Positions 1 to 8,766 of a stretch of 64,000 nt of DNA are shown one piece after another (within the stretch, counting starts at the first letter, position 1; every line of letters begins with the position of its first letter). This DNA comes from Candidatus Bathyarchaeia archaeon (GTDB taxonomy: Bacteria > Patescibacteriota > Microgenomatia > PFEM01 > JAFGMK01): the NCBI GenBank assembly GCA_035529595.1, contig DATKWK010000035.1, forward strand, positions 241,067-305,066, in the 5' to 3' direction. The translations under genes and the position numbers were made by a program. Below the pieces are notes generated by a model. That model was not told the origin of the DNA and ran no database searches. It was given only the letters and a program-made list of their open reading frames with translations.

Positions 1-356
1 TGCAACCAGTCAAGATAACCGCCGTAACCGGTATAGTCGGTCACCACGGAAACCGCCGCCGGAAAGCCGGCTCTGGCAAGGATCGGAGCCGCAATTTCAT
101 ATTGGCTGAGCCAGCCGTCATCAAACCAAATAGTTACCAAACCGCTTTCAATTTGAGATAACGGTTTAATTTCCGGCTGAGAAACCAGATAGTTTTCAGA
201 AAACGACGATAACGCTGGCCGGGCCGGGTTCCTCGGTCGCCAGCCGGTCTCTCGTCTAAAACTGACCAGATAATTGCCGCTGACCCAAATAAAAAAAAAC
301 GGAAAAACCGTCCAGAGAAACAGCGACGACCGGGTTTTTTTAAGCCTTTCTTTCAT
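1..356 (-). CDS. Polysaccharide deacetylase (NodB/CE4), membrane anchored; runs off window edge
   Basis: Manual translation from ATG at 356 gives MKERLKK..., a hydrophobic N-terminus, then VTIWFDDGWLSQYEIAAPILARAGF (CE4 TFDDG-type motif). Not in the ORF track. Confidence 0.8.
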   Translation of the reverse strand, partial: MKERLKKTRSSLFLWTVFPFFFIWVSGNYLVSFRRETGWRPRNPARPALSSFSENYLVSQPEIKPLSQIESGLVTIWFDDGWLSQYEIAAPILARAGFPAAVSVVTDYTGYGGYLDWL

Positions 357-358
357 AA

Positions 359-1825
359 TTAAGTCCGCCGATAAAGATAAAAGTCACCGTCAGCATAAAC
401 TAAACGGTAATTATCGCCTAAGTTTTCCCAGATCTGGCGGTGGACCCGCTCAAAGATGCCGTTTTCGATTTTCCGGTTACTGGTCAGCTGGATGTAGTCA
501 AAGTAACCGTCAGCCGCTGCCTGGGCATAAGCCTGATCGCCGCTTTCCCCCTGGTATTCAAACCAGTCGAAGGTAGTATTATTGACCGGATTATTGTAAT
601 CGTAGGTTGCCAGAATTACCGGCGGACCGATTTCAATTAACAATTTATCGCCGGACTTAACCACCGAAGTTAAATAATTTAAGATCAGGCTGGAATCAAG
701 CCATAAGTAGTTATAACGATCGGCCGCTTGATAAGAAAAAGACACAAAAGCAATCAGAAAAACCGCCAGGCTAGCGGCAAAGAACGCTTTAATGACTTTG
801 GGTTTAATTTGCCAAATTAGCTCGCCAATTCCCAGGCCGGCAACCAGTGACAGGAAAGCAACACCAATAAAAGTGTGTTTATCCAAAGTCGACAAGCGCC
901 GGGTAACTAGATGAAACAAAAAAACTAGCAATCCGGCCGCGGTTAAAACCAGCCATTGACGGCTCTGTTTTTTCCAAAGCAAACCGATTGAGCCGACCAG
1001 CCACCAGAACCAGATACTGCCGCTATTTTGCCAGAACTCAAACAATATCCGGCTGAAGGCCATTCTTTCTCGGCTAATCTGGGAACCGGAATAAGAAACC
1101 TGCGCCGCCAAATTAGTTAACCCATACCAGCCAAAAAGGATTACCAAAGGCAGGAAAAAATATTTCCGCCAGAGATTGAAAAGATCGCCGCCAGATTTTT
1201 TGGCTTTGAACAAGGAATAAAGAAAAACAAAGGGCAAATAAATGGCGATGACCATTTTGGTCATAAAAGCCAGAAACAGTAAAATTGAAGCCAGAAAATA
1301 GGCTTTGGCTGGTTTTTCTTTTTTATCTTCGGCTGAAAGTAAAAAGGCTAAACCAAAAAAGAAAAAGCAGAAACTGGGCATATCGTAGGTAGCCAGGCGG
1401 CTGAGGTAAAGAGAAACCGGCGCAAAAGCCAAAATCGCGGCGGCGATCAAACCAGCCAAAAGCTGTTGATCGGATGAGCGTTTAGATAGCAGGCAGGCTA
1501 GCCAAAAAATGGCCGCTATAGTTAATAATCCAAAAATGACATTTAAAAAGCGGGAACCGACAATTCCGCCAAACGAATAAGCAATTGCCGTCATCACCGG
1601 ATAAACGTACGGGCTGCCGGCCATCCAGGTTTTGGCGCCGTAACTCCACCAGTCGGAATCAAACAGGCCCATTTTACCGACAACGACATAAATCGCCTCA
1701 TCGGTAAAAGGCACGTTGTAATTAAGATTGCTGATTCTCAAGAGCAGGGCGGCGGCAAAAACCGCGACGGTAATCACCGCCAGCAGATGCTTTTTGAGCC
1801 AAAAAAAGACTACGGCCAGTTTCAT
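359..1825 (-). CDS. GT-C fold membrane glycosyltransferase (ArnT/PMT-like)
   Basis: Polytopic membrane protein with DE motif (FTDEAIY) after TM1, plus YSFGGIVGSRFL and SRLATYD segments. Confidence 0.8.
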   Translation of the reverse strand: MKLAVVFFWLKKHLLAVITVAVFAAALLLRISNLNYNVPFTDEAIYVVVGKMGLFDSDWWSYGAKTWMAGSPYVYPVMTAIAYSFGGIVGSRFLNVIFGLLTIAAIFWLACLLSKRSSDQQLLAGLIAAAILAFAPVSLYLSRLATYDMPSFCFFFFGLAFLLSAEDKKEKPAKAYFLASILLFLAFMTKMVIAIYLPFVFLYSLFKAKKSGGDLFNLWRKYFFLPLVILFGWYGLTNLAAQVSYSGSQISRERMAFSRILFEFWQNSGSIWFWWLVGSIGLLWKKQSRQWLVLTAAGLLVFLFHLVTRRLSTLDKHTFIGVAFLSLVAGLGIGELIWQIKPKVIKAFFAASLAVFLIAFVSFSYQAADRYNYLWLDSSLILNYLTSVVKSGDKLLIEIGPPVILATYDYNNPVNNTTFDWFEYQGESGDQAYAQAAADGYFDYIQLTSNRKIENGIFERVHRQIWENLGDNYRLVYADGDFYLYRRT

Positions 1826-1920
1826 CTTAGATTTAAAATAAAAATAAAGAAGACTTTATTGTTTAAACCGACTGATATTCCTAAGCAATAATCTGATTCC
1901 AGTCAGCCGGTAAAGACCTG

Positions 1921-1950
1921 ATTTTATAAAAAAAGTTATCAGGCTGTCAA
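1921..1950 (-). promoter_or_regulatory. Sigma70-type promoter for GT-C/deacetylase genes
   Basis: TTGACA-N18-TAAAAT on minus strand. Confidence 0.55.
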
Positions 1951-1961
1951 GAGGTAAAAAA

Positions 1962-2147
1962 TTAGTCGGTGGACTCTTTCTGAGTCAGATGGTTGGTCTT
2001 TTTTATCTGTCTTTTAGTGATCTGGGTCACCTGGTGGTCAACCACGTAAATCTCCAGGCTGCCGTAGTCAAGATTTTTAAGGCTGTCAATGATTTCTTCC
2101 AATAAATGATGGGAAATGGATTTGGTTGAATACAAAGGTGTCGCCAT
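1962..2147 (-). CDS. YezD/DUF2292-like small protein
   Basis: EEIIDSLKNLDYGSLEIYVVDHQVTQI pattern; GGAGGT SD before ATG at 2147. Confidence 0.7.
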   Translation of the reverse strand: MATPLYSTKSISHHLLEEIIDSLKNLDYGSLEIYVVDHQVTQITKRQIKKTNHLTQKESTD

Positions 2148-2224
2148 ATTACCTCCGCTCCGGGCAAGCATTTTTGAAAAAAATAAACGGGGCAGTTTAG
2201 GCAGAAATATATAAGGTGTCAAAG

Positions 2225-2254
2225 AGTATAAGTTAAAAAAGACTCTTTTGTCAA
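2225..2254 (-). promoter_or_regulatory. Sigma70-type promoter for yezD-like gene
   Basis: TTGACA-N18-TATACT on minus strand. Confidence 0.6.
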
Positions 2255-2272
2255 GAGGCAGGCGGTAAAAAT

Positions 2273-2956
2273 TTATTTCAGCAGACCGGACAAGCGGGCA
2301 AAGAAACGGGCCAATCTTTCCTGAAAAATTTTCCAGAGAGAAGCAGGCGGATTGATCATTTCCGGTTCCGGGGTAATTGACGGCCGGGCAACCGGCGTCG
2401 CCGAAGGATAAATCCGGGGCGCGGCTGAAGTGGCAACCGACGGAGACGGACTCTTTTGCTGGCCGCAGCCGCAGCCGCTTTCCTGGCCGGTAACACTTTT
2501 GGCTTCGGAGGTGACCGAAACTGAACCGCTGCTCTGGCCGACGGTAATATTTTCCTGGCCGGCCCAGGAAAAACCCCGGCCGCTTTTAATCTTAATATCC
2601 AGGTAATAAATTCCGGGCTGGCCGGGGGCAGTTAAGGAAAGGGTGTAATAGTAAGGACCGGAACCGGACTGGTTTAAGGTGAATTGGTTGATGGTTTTTT
2701 TAGCGCTATCCAGGAGCCGCAAGGTTTTTTCCTGATCACCGCTGCCGTCTGCTTCCAGACGGAGATAGATTGACTGACCGGGCGCGAACTGAGAAGTCGC
2801 CTGAGTATAGCCCGGATCGGCAAAAACGATGGCTTCTTTGCTGTCAATCTCTTGCTCTAATTCTTCCGGAAAATCTTCCCAGAAATCAGTTGCCCGGACC
2901 GGCAAAAAACCGGCCAGAGAAAGAAAACAAATCAAGAGAAGCAAGTTTTTTTTCAT
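2273..2956 (-). CDS. Secreted hypothetical protein with beta-sandwich-like domain, P/S/T-rich linker and amphipathic C-terminal helix
   Basis: Signal peptide, low-complexity linker, C-terminal LWKIFQERLARFFARL. Confidence 0.6.
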   Translation of the reverse strand: MKKNLLLLICFLSLAGFLPVRATDFWEDFPEELEQEIDSKEAIVFADPGYTQATSQFAPGQSIYLRLEADGSGDQEKTLRLLDSAKKTINQFTLNQSGSGPYYYTLSLTAPGQPGIYYLDIKIKSGRGFSWAGQENITVGQSSGSVSVTSEAKSVTGQESGCGCGQQKSPSPSVATSAAPRIYPSATPVARPSITPEPEMINPPASLWKIFQERLARFFARLSGLLK

Positions 2957-2960
2957 TTTT

Positions 2961-4319
2961 TCAGTCGGCAGAAACGGCCCCTAAAGCATTTACCAGCCCC
3001 GCTCCGACCAAAAGCGGATCAGGGACAAGCCAGTCGGCGCTGCCCGTCAACACCTGCCTGATTTCAGCCGGCGTCTGGCCGGGAAACAAACTCAAACGGA
3101 GAGCTACTACCCCGGCGGTGTGCGGCGCGCTCATTGACGTCCCGGAGAGGGTTTTATAACCAGCTTTAAGATAAGTTGAATTGATAGCAACTCCGGGCGC
3201 GGCCAAAGCAATCTCCGAACCGCGGCTTGACCAGGAAGGAACCGCGTTATTGATATCCGTGGCCGCCACGGCGATTACCTGGGGATAACGGGCCGGATAG
3301 TTAACGGTATTAGTTCCGGGACCGGAATTACCGGCGGCCGCCACTTGAACAATCCCCGCTTGAGAAACGCGTTCAACCGCTTCGCGGAAGGAAGTGACAT
3401 CGCTGGTGGTACCCAGACTTAAGTTGACTACCTGCAGATGGTTAGCCACCGCCCAGTCTAAAGCTTCAATCACATCAGAAAGGTAGCCCTGCCCCTGCCT
3501 GTTAAGCACCTTCAGGGCATAAATTTTGGCCTGCGGCGCCACGCCAACGACGCCTGAAGAATTGTCTTCAGCGGCAATGATGCCGGCCACATGGGTACCA
3601 TGGCCATTATCATCTTCACAATTACGCCACGAATAAATGAAATTAACACAGCCCGCCAAATTACCGTCAAGATCAGGATGATCGCGGTCAATGCCGGTAT
3701 CAATGATACCGACCTTAACCCCCGATCCGGTCGAGAGTTCCCAAGCTGGCTGGCTCTTGATCCGCTCTACGCCCCAAGGCAAAGGCTGGCTACCGGAAAC
3801 CGGCGTCGGCGTCGGCGTGGCCGGAAACGGAGTCGAAGTCGGCAGCGGCGTAGCGGTAGGCGTGACTACCGGTGAAGGACTGGGAGTTGACGTCGGACTG
3901 GCAGGGGGCCGAGTTGGCGTCGGCGTCAGGGTGATTGCCGGGGTCGGAGTTGCAGTCGGTGAACACCAGGGCAGCCAGGGATAACGGGCACAACGGTCAT
4001 TTCTTGCCAGGGCATAAACGCGGACATCGGGATCTATCCTGAGAATACGCCGGTCCTTTTTAAGAAGATCTATCTGTTGATCCGACAGTCGGGACACGCG
4101 GGCGTTTATCAACCTCAAATTTTTAAGAGATTCAACACCGGACCGAGCCAGAATCTCCGCCTGGTCAGAAAGGGCAACTTCCTGACGAAAAACAACAATC
4201 AGTCTTTCTTTTGGCGGAAAAATCCCGGCGGCTTTTTTCGGGAAAAAAACAAAAAGAAACAGACCGACTAACAAGACAAACATGGAAAAAATATTTCTTT
4301 TACTTTTCTGTCTATTCAT
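2961..4319 (-). CDS. Subtilisin-like S8 serine protease with I9 propeptide and PT-rich linker
   Basis: Catalytic triad motifs IIDTG, HGTHVAG, GTSMSAP and oxyanion AAAGN; start taken at ATG 4319. Confidence 0.92.
   Translation of the reverse strand: MNRQKSKRNIFSMFVLLVGLFLFVFFPKKAAGIFPPKERLIVVFRQEVALSDQAEILARSGVESLKNLRLINARVSRLSDQQIDLLKKDRRILRIDPDVRVYALARNDRCARYPWLPWCSPTATPTPAITLTPTPTRPPASPTSTPSPSPVVTPTATPLPTSTPFPATPTPTPVSGSQPLPWGVERIKSQPAWELSTGSGVKVGIIDTGIDRDHPDLDGNLAGCVNFIYSWRNCEDDNGHGTHVAGIIAAEDNSSGVVGVAPQAKIYALKVLNRQGQGYLSDVIEALDWAVANHLQVVNLSLGTTSDVTSFREAVERVSQAGIVQVAAAGNSGPGTNTVNYPARYPQVIAVAATDINNAVPSWSSRGSEIALAAPGVAINSTYLKAGYKTLSGTSMSAPHTAGVVALRLSLFPGQTPAEIRQVLTGSADWLVPDPLLVGAGLVNALGAVSAD
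3796..3960 (-). repeat. Pro/Thr-rich low-complexity linker within subtilase
   Basis: PTATPTPAITLTPTPT... imperfect PT repeats. Confidence 0.8.
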
Positions 4320-4335
4320 CGATAAGGTACCCAAC

Positions 4336-4956
4336 TTAATTAACCGGCTCGGCTTCAATTACCAGCAATCGCACTGCCATGCCCGGGGGATAGCCGGAAA
4401 CAAGCACCAATTTTTTCTCCTCGCCCGGATCAAAGAAATCAAGATAAGTGGGCGGAGCGAAACTTTTTTTGGCCACCTGGTAAACATAACCGCGGTCATG
4501 GTAATAAATCACAATTTCATCACCGACGGCCAGTTTATTGACCAGGTAAAAGTCCGGATGAAGACGGTCGGTATTAAAAAAACTGTTCAAAGGATGACCG
4601 ACAATCAGAACCGCCCCGAAATCTCCCGGCAAAGCTGACGACTTAACATGGGCTAAACCGCGCCGGAGACCGGCTTTTAATTTAACCGGATCGTAAAATT
4701 CAACCTCCTCAACAACTTTCTCATTTAAACCCAGCTTGGTGATAATCAAGCCGAATTCGGTTGAAGCCGGATCCAGGAAACTGGCTTCCTGGTCGATATC
4801 ACCCCGGCCCTTTATCGAATAAACCAGCCCCGAGCCGGAAATCGACTTGTACTTGACCAGACTGACAAAGTAATAAGGAGCAGACAGAAAGAGATAGCCG
4901 CCGGCAAATAGGAGAATCAGTACCAAAACAAGAAATTTCGGTCTAAGCAGTTTCAT
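4336..4956 (-). CDS. Sortase-fold protein lacking catalytic Cys
   Basis: GLAH...ALPG..G.VLIVGH, L..GDEI.I.Y....Y.YQV; LVLVSGYPPG in place of LTLxTCxP. Confidence 0.8.
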   Translation of the reverse strand: MKLLRPKFLVLVLILLFAGGYLFLSAPYYFVSLVKYKSISGSGLVYSIKGRGDIDQEASFLDPASTEFGLIITKLGLNEKVVEEVEFYDPVKLKAGLRRGLAHVKSSALPGDFGAVLIVGHPLNSFFNTDRLHPDFYLVNKLAVGDEIVIYYHDRGYVYQVAKKSFAPPTYLDFFDPGEEKKLVLVSGYPPGMAVRLLVIEAEPVN

Positions 4957-4985
4957 TCTTAAATCAATTATAACAAATTATTTTA

Positions 4986-5396
4986 TTAAACCAAGTCCAG
5001 CTTTTGCGCCCAACTCCTGATACCTTCCGGCGCCTTGGGTAAAACTACCGCCGCCATCACCACTCCGGCCAATAAACCGCCGGTGTCAATGACCAAATCT
5101 TTAATCTGGAAAGCGCGAGTGGGGACAAAACGCTGATGAAGCTCATCGGAGAGAGCATACAGAAAACCGACAACCACTGCCCCGGAATACCTTTTTAACC
5201 GGGATAGCGGCTTCAACGGCCTCAGCCAAAGCAGAGCAAAAATGGCATAAAAAATACCGTGCAGGCAACTCCGGAAAATTTCATCCCAATAAGGATTGGT
5301 ACTGGCTCTCAGATTGGGAACTGAGGAAAGATAAAAAATAACCGCCGCCCAGACAAGGACGGGCAGCCAGCAGGAAACGAACTTTTCAAACCTCAT
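4986..5396 (-). CDS. VanZ family membrane protein
   Basis: YALSDELHQRFVPTR....DL..D motif. Confidence 0.85.
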   Translation of the reverse strand: MRFEKFVSCWLPVLVWAAVIFYLSSVPNLRASTNPYWDEIFRSCLHGIFYAIFALLWLRPLKPLSRLKRYSGAVVVGFLYALSDELHQRFVPTRAFQIKDLVIDTGGLLAGVVMAAVVLPKAPEGIRSWAQKLDLV

Positions 5397-5438
5397 GGGT
5401 TGATTATAGCAAAAACCAGCCCGGCAAGAACAGATCGA

Positions 5439-6569
5439 TTATTTCAGGTTACTGGCCGAATTTCTTTTCAAAAACACCAGGGCGACCGCCAGGAAGACCA
5501 GTCCCCCGCCGATAAAAAAGAACGGCAGAAAATCCCTTTTTTTAGCGCTGCTGCCAAGAACCTCTCCCTCTGCCTCTTTCTCTTTGTCTTCGGAATCAGT
5601 CTTGATTTCAGAAGAAAGAGTCGCCTCCTCGGTCGCCTCCCCGGTCAGCTCTTCGACAGGCGTTGGTGAAGGCGGAGGTGAAGGCAGAGGCGGTGCAGTC
5701 GTAGATGTCGGCGCCAAAGCAGTCAGCACCGGAATGTCTTCCAAGAATTGGCCGGCATTTAGAGTGATTGTTATTTGCCAATCCTGGTAACCTGATTTGG
5801 TTAATTTGACGGCGTGCTGTCCGAAGCCGCAGGCAACCTGCTTGTCATCGTCGCAATAGCGCCCGTTACCAAAGGTCAGATCCTCGGAAGCGTAGTGGTG
5901 GGTATACTGGTTGTCAACATAAATCATTACACTGGAAAGCGCTAGGCCGTTTCCGTCCTTGGCCTCGTTAATCCGGTAGGTAGCAGTGACACCGCTTGGC
6001 GTCGGGGTTGGTGTCAAAGTGGGCGGAGGAGTGGGCGAGGGTGTTGGCGAATATACAAGGCATTGAGAATTGTCAGCTTTAGTATCGGTACTTTTTCTAA
6101 CCCAATTTCCCGAACCTTCCGGTTCGCGAACACCATATTGACCGCTTTCTAATTCAGGCAGGTCAATATCTTTCCCTCCGCAGGCTGGGCCTTCCTTATA
6201 AGCAACACAATCAACGACTACCCCGTCTTTTTTTAACTTAATCTGATCTCCTCCATTATTAAGCCTGTTTGACCAGTCAACTGCCAAAAAACCGCCGGCG
6301 AGTAAAAGACAAGCAGAAAATTGTTTCACGCCGTCAATACTGTCAACAAGTATATATTCCGATAAATTTACCGCTTCGGTTGACGAATTATAGACCTCAA
6401 CCCAATCGTCAGATGTAGTCGCGCTAAACTCATTAAGAATTATCTGGGCTGATACCTGACCGGTTGAAAATATCAGAAACAGGAAGAGCAGCAAAAACAG
6501 TTTCAGTAGGTGATAAACTGAATTTATCCTAAAGTAAGATTGTTTCTGCCGTCTTCTTAAAGTAAACAT
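5439..6569 (-). CDS. Lamin-tail-domain surface protein with PEGA-like domain and C-terminal membrane anchor
   Basis: IILNEF...DWVEVYN...VNLS.Y.L and LNNGGD.I.L; PT linkers; C-terminal TM helix with basic tail. Confidence 0.75.
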   Translation of the reverse strand: MFTLRRRQKQSYFRINSVYHLLKLFLLLFLFLIFSTGQVSAQIILNEFSATTSDDWVEVYNSSTEAVNLSEYILVDSIDGVKQFSACLLLAGGFLAVDWSNRLNNGGDQIKLKKDGVVVDCVAYKEGPACGGKDIDLPELESGQYGVREPEGSGNWVRKSTDTKADNSQCLVYSPTPSPTPPPTLTPTPTPSGVTATYRINEAKDGNGLALSSVMIYVDNQYTHHYASEDLTFGNGRYCDDDKQVACGFGQHAVKLTKSGYQDWQITITLNAGQFLEDIPVLTALAPTSTTAPPLPSPPPSPTPVEELTGEATEEATLSSEIKTDSEDKEKEAEGEVLGSSAKKRDFLPFFFIGGGLVFLAVALVFLKRNSASNLK

Positions 6570-6620
6570 AATGGCTCATCGCAGGAGTGATTCCGCTCAT
6601 CTTCAACATATAATTAGTTT

Positions 6621-6665
6621 CACCTCGGAGGAGTCAAGGTCGTTGCCTTGACACCATCCGAGGTG
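6621..6665. repeat. Long bulged hairpin (REP-like element or mRNA stem-loop)
   Basis: CACCTCGGA-gga-GTCAAGG-tcgttg-CCTTGAC-acca-TCCGAGGTG. Confidence 0.6.
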
Positions 6666-6678
6666 TATCCAGGTTTTT

Positions 6679-7878
6679 TTAATAATTAACGTGCAGGTAA
6701 TAGGAATTAAAATCCGAGTCTTCATGGTCAACTTTCACATAGCGCAGAGTTCCTCCGCCGCAATCAATGCTACAGCGGTAAAGAAGCCCCTTTTTCACTG
6801 CCTTGACCGTCAAATCTTCGGCATTGATGTCAATACCGGTATGAACGGGATACCAGACGACATGTGACCGGATGGCGCTGGTATTTTCGCCAAAACCCTG
6901 GGTTAATTTGATCGGCTCATTAAGCGGCCACTGCCAACTGCCGGTGGCCGCGTGGGGATCGCCGTCGGAAGCATCGATCAAAGTAATGCTTTTAAGATAG
7001 ACAAAAGGATTTCTGACCTGGTCGCCTTCCCGGACTTCAAAATGCAGATGCGTACCCAGAGAACAGGCCGAGGCGCCGGCGATAATGGCGGCGATTCTCT
7101 CACCCTCGTTCACCGGTCCGGCTTCCCCGCATTCGCCTTCGCCGGCCACAATTTTAACAATCGCTTCAATTTCCGCCCGGGTTACCTGCAACAGCTGCTC
7201 ATAATGGGCCTTATTGCCCCGGGTTTCGGCCAGAAACCTCTCTTTATCAGCCTTTTGCCCGGCCAAACGGACTTTCTGCTCTTCCAGCTTTACTTTAACT
7301 TCCTCCAACTGCTGCTGCTTTTCCTCTTTAAGTTTTTTCTGTTGCTCGTAACTTAAACGGGCCGATTCCATTTGGAAAAGCAGTTTCTTATCGTGAAGCT
7401 GGATGGCGCGGAAATATTCAAAACGGGAGGCAAACCGGGAAAAGCGGTCAGACGAGAAAAGCAAAAGGAACGAATCGAACCGGCCTTTTTTATAAGTTTG
7501 TTCGATTCTTTTAACCAGCAGGGCAGAAATCCGGTCCAGGGAAAGATCCAGCAGTTTCACTTTCTCCCCTAAGTCAGCGACCTCTCTTTCCAAAACTTTA
7601 ATTTCGTTTTCCGTTTGAATGATATTTTTGGCCGCCAGAGCAATTTTTTGGTCAAAAGCGATTACCTGAGACTCAAGCGACTTAGCCTGAACCTCCTGCT
7701 TGCCGATCAATTCATTAAAAATCTGCTCGCATTCCTGCAATTCCTGGCCGTTTAAGGACTCTTTACCGACCCGGTCTACACACTCCGCCTGGCTGATCGC
7801 CCAAGACTGGCGGCTGTTGGAAAAAAAGAGACTAAGAAAGAGGGCAATAAGAAAGATCTTTTTAAGCAGTTTACCCAT
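6679..7878 (-). CDS. FtsEX-associated coiled-coil protein with circularly permuted M23 peptidase domain
   Basis: Signal peptide from ATG 7878, long coiled coil, HLHFEV and HTGID motifs; directly downstream of ftsX. Confidence 0.8.
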   Translation of the reverse strand: MGKLLKKIFLIALFLSLFFSNSRQSWAISQAECVDRVGKESLNGQELQECEQIFNELIGKQEVQAKSLESQVIAFDQKIALAAKNIIQTENEIKVLEREVADLGEKVKLLDLSLDRISALLVKRIEQTYKKGRFDSFLLLFSSDRFSRFASRFEYFRAIQLHDKKLLFQMESARLSYEQQKKLKEEKQQQLEEVKVKLEEQKVRLAGQKADKERFLAETRGNKAHYEQLLQVTRAEIEAIVKIVAGEGECGEAGPVNEGERIAAIIAGASACSLGTHLHFEVREGDQVRNPFVYLKSITLIDASDGDPHAATGSWQWPLNEPIKLTQGFGENTSAIRSHVVWYPVHTGIDINAEDLTVKAVKKGLLYRCSIDCGGGTLRYVKVDHEDSDFNSYYLHVNY

Positions 7879-7886
7879 GAGTCGTC

Positions 7887-8756
7887 TTAACGCAAGTACC
7901 TTTTTACCGCCAGGAACGCTCCCAAACTCCCGATAATTATTCCCACCAGAGCTAAGCCGCCAAGCAAAACCAGCATTACTCCCAAGGAAACCGGTAAAAG
8001 AGGTATCCCTTCTAAATAGGTTTTCAGAGTCGGCGTGGCGTACCACAGCAAGCCGTAAACCAGAGCCCAAGACAATAACGCCCCGACAAGCCCGTAAAAA
8101 ATGCCCTCCACCAGGAACGGGCCGCGAATATAGGCGGCGGTGGCGCCAATCAGTTGGACGATTTTTATTTCCCGCCGGCGGCTGGCAGCTTTCATACTGA
8201 TAATGACTAAAATAACCAAAAAGGAAATCGAGATCAGAAAGGAAATTATAATCAGGCCGCCTTCTCTGATTCCGGTAGTTATTTTTTGCAGGATTTGAAC
8301 AACGTCTTCCTGAAAATTAACTTCTTCTACTTTGGAATCGGAACGCAGGATATCGGCAATTTCCCCCAGGAAACCAATTTCTTTGGCCGATACTTCCAGG
8401 GAGGCAGGCAAAATTTCCGCACTGACCATCTCCAAAAGCAGCGGGTCATCCCGGTTTTGGTCTTGGTAAATCTCGAGCGCCTGTTCTTTGGAAACATATT
8501 TGGCCGCCGCCGCTTTACCGGAAGCTAACAGCCTGAGCGTCAGCGCGTCTACCTCCTGTTTAGTAACGTCGTCTTTAAAAAAAGCAATTACTTGGGGTTT
8601 TTCTTCAAAGTAAGACAGGATCTTCTCCGAACCGGCGGCCAGGAGAACGAAAACAGCACTGATAAAAAGAGTCAGGGTCATAACCGCAATCGCGGCCAAT
8701 GCCTGATAAGGAGAGCGGCGGATATAATGCCAGCTGGTGCTTAAAATTTTTCTCAT
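7887..8756 (-). CDS. ftsX: Cell division permease FtsX
   Basis: YVSKEQAL, LPASLEV, RRREI.I..L.GAT...I..PFL.EG. Confidence 0.93.
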   Translation of the reverse strand: MRKILSTSWHYIRRSPYQALAAIAVMTLTLFISAVFVLLAAGSEKILSYFEEKPQVIAFFKDDVTKQEVDALTLRLLASGKAAAAKYVSKEQALEIYQDQNRDDPLLLEMVSAEILPASLEVSAKEIGFLGEIADILRSDSKVEEVNFQEDVVQILQKITTGIREGGLIIISFLISISFLVILVIISMKAASRRREIKIVQLIGATAAYIRGPFLVEGIFYGLVGALLSWALVYGLLWYATPTLKTYLEGIPLLPVSLGVMLVLLGGLALVGIIIGSLGAFLAVKRYLR

Positions 8757-8766
8757 TTAACAATTT

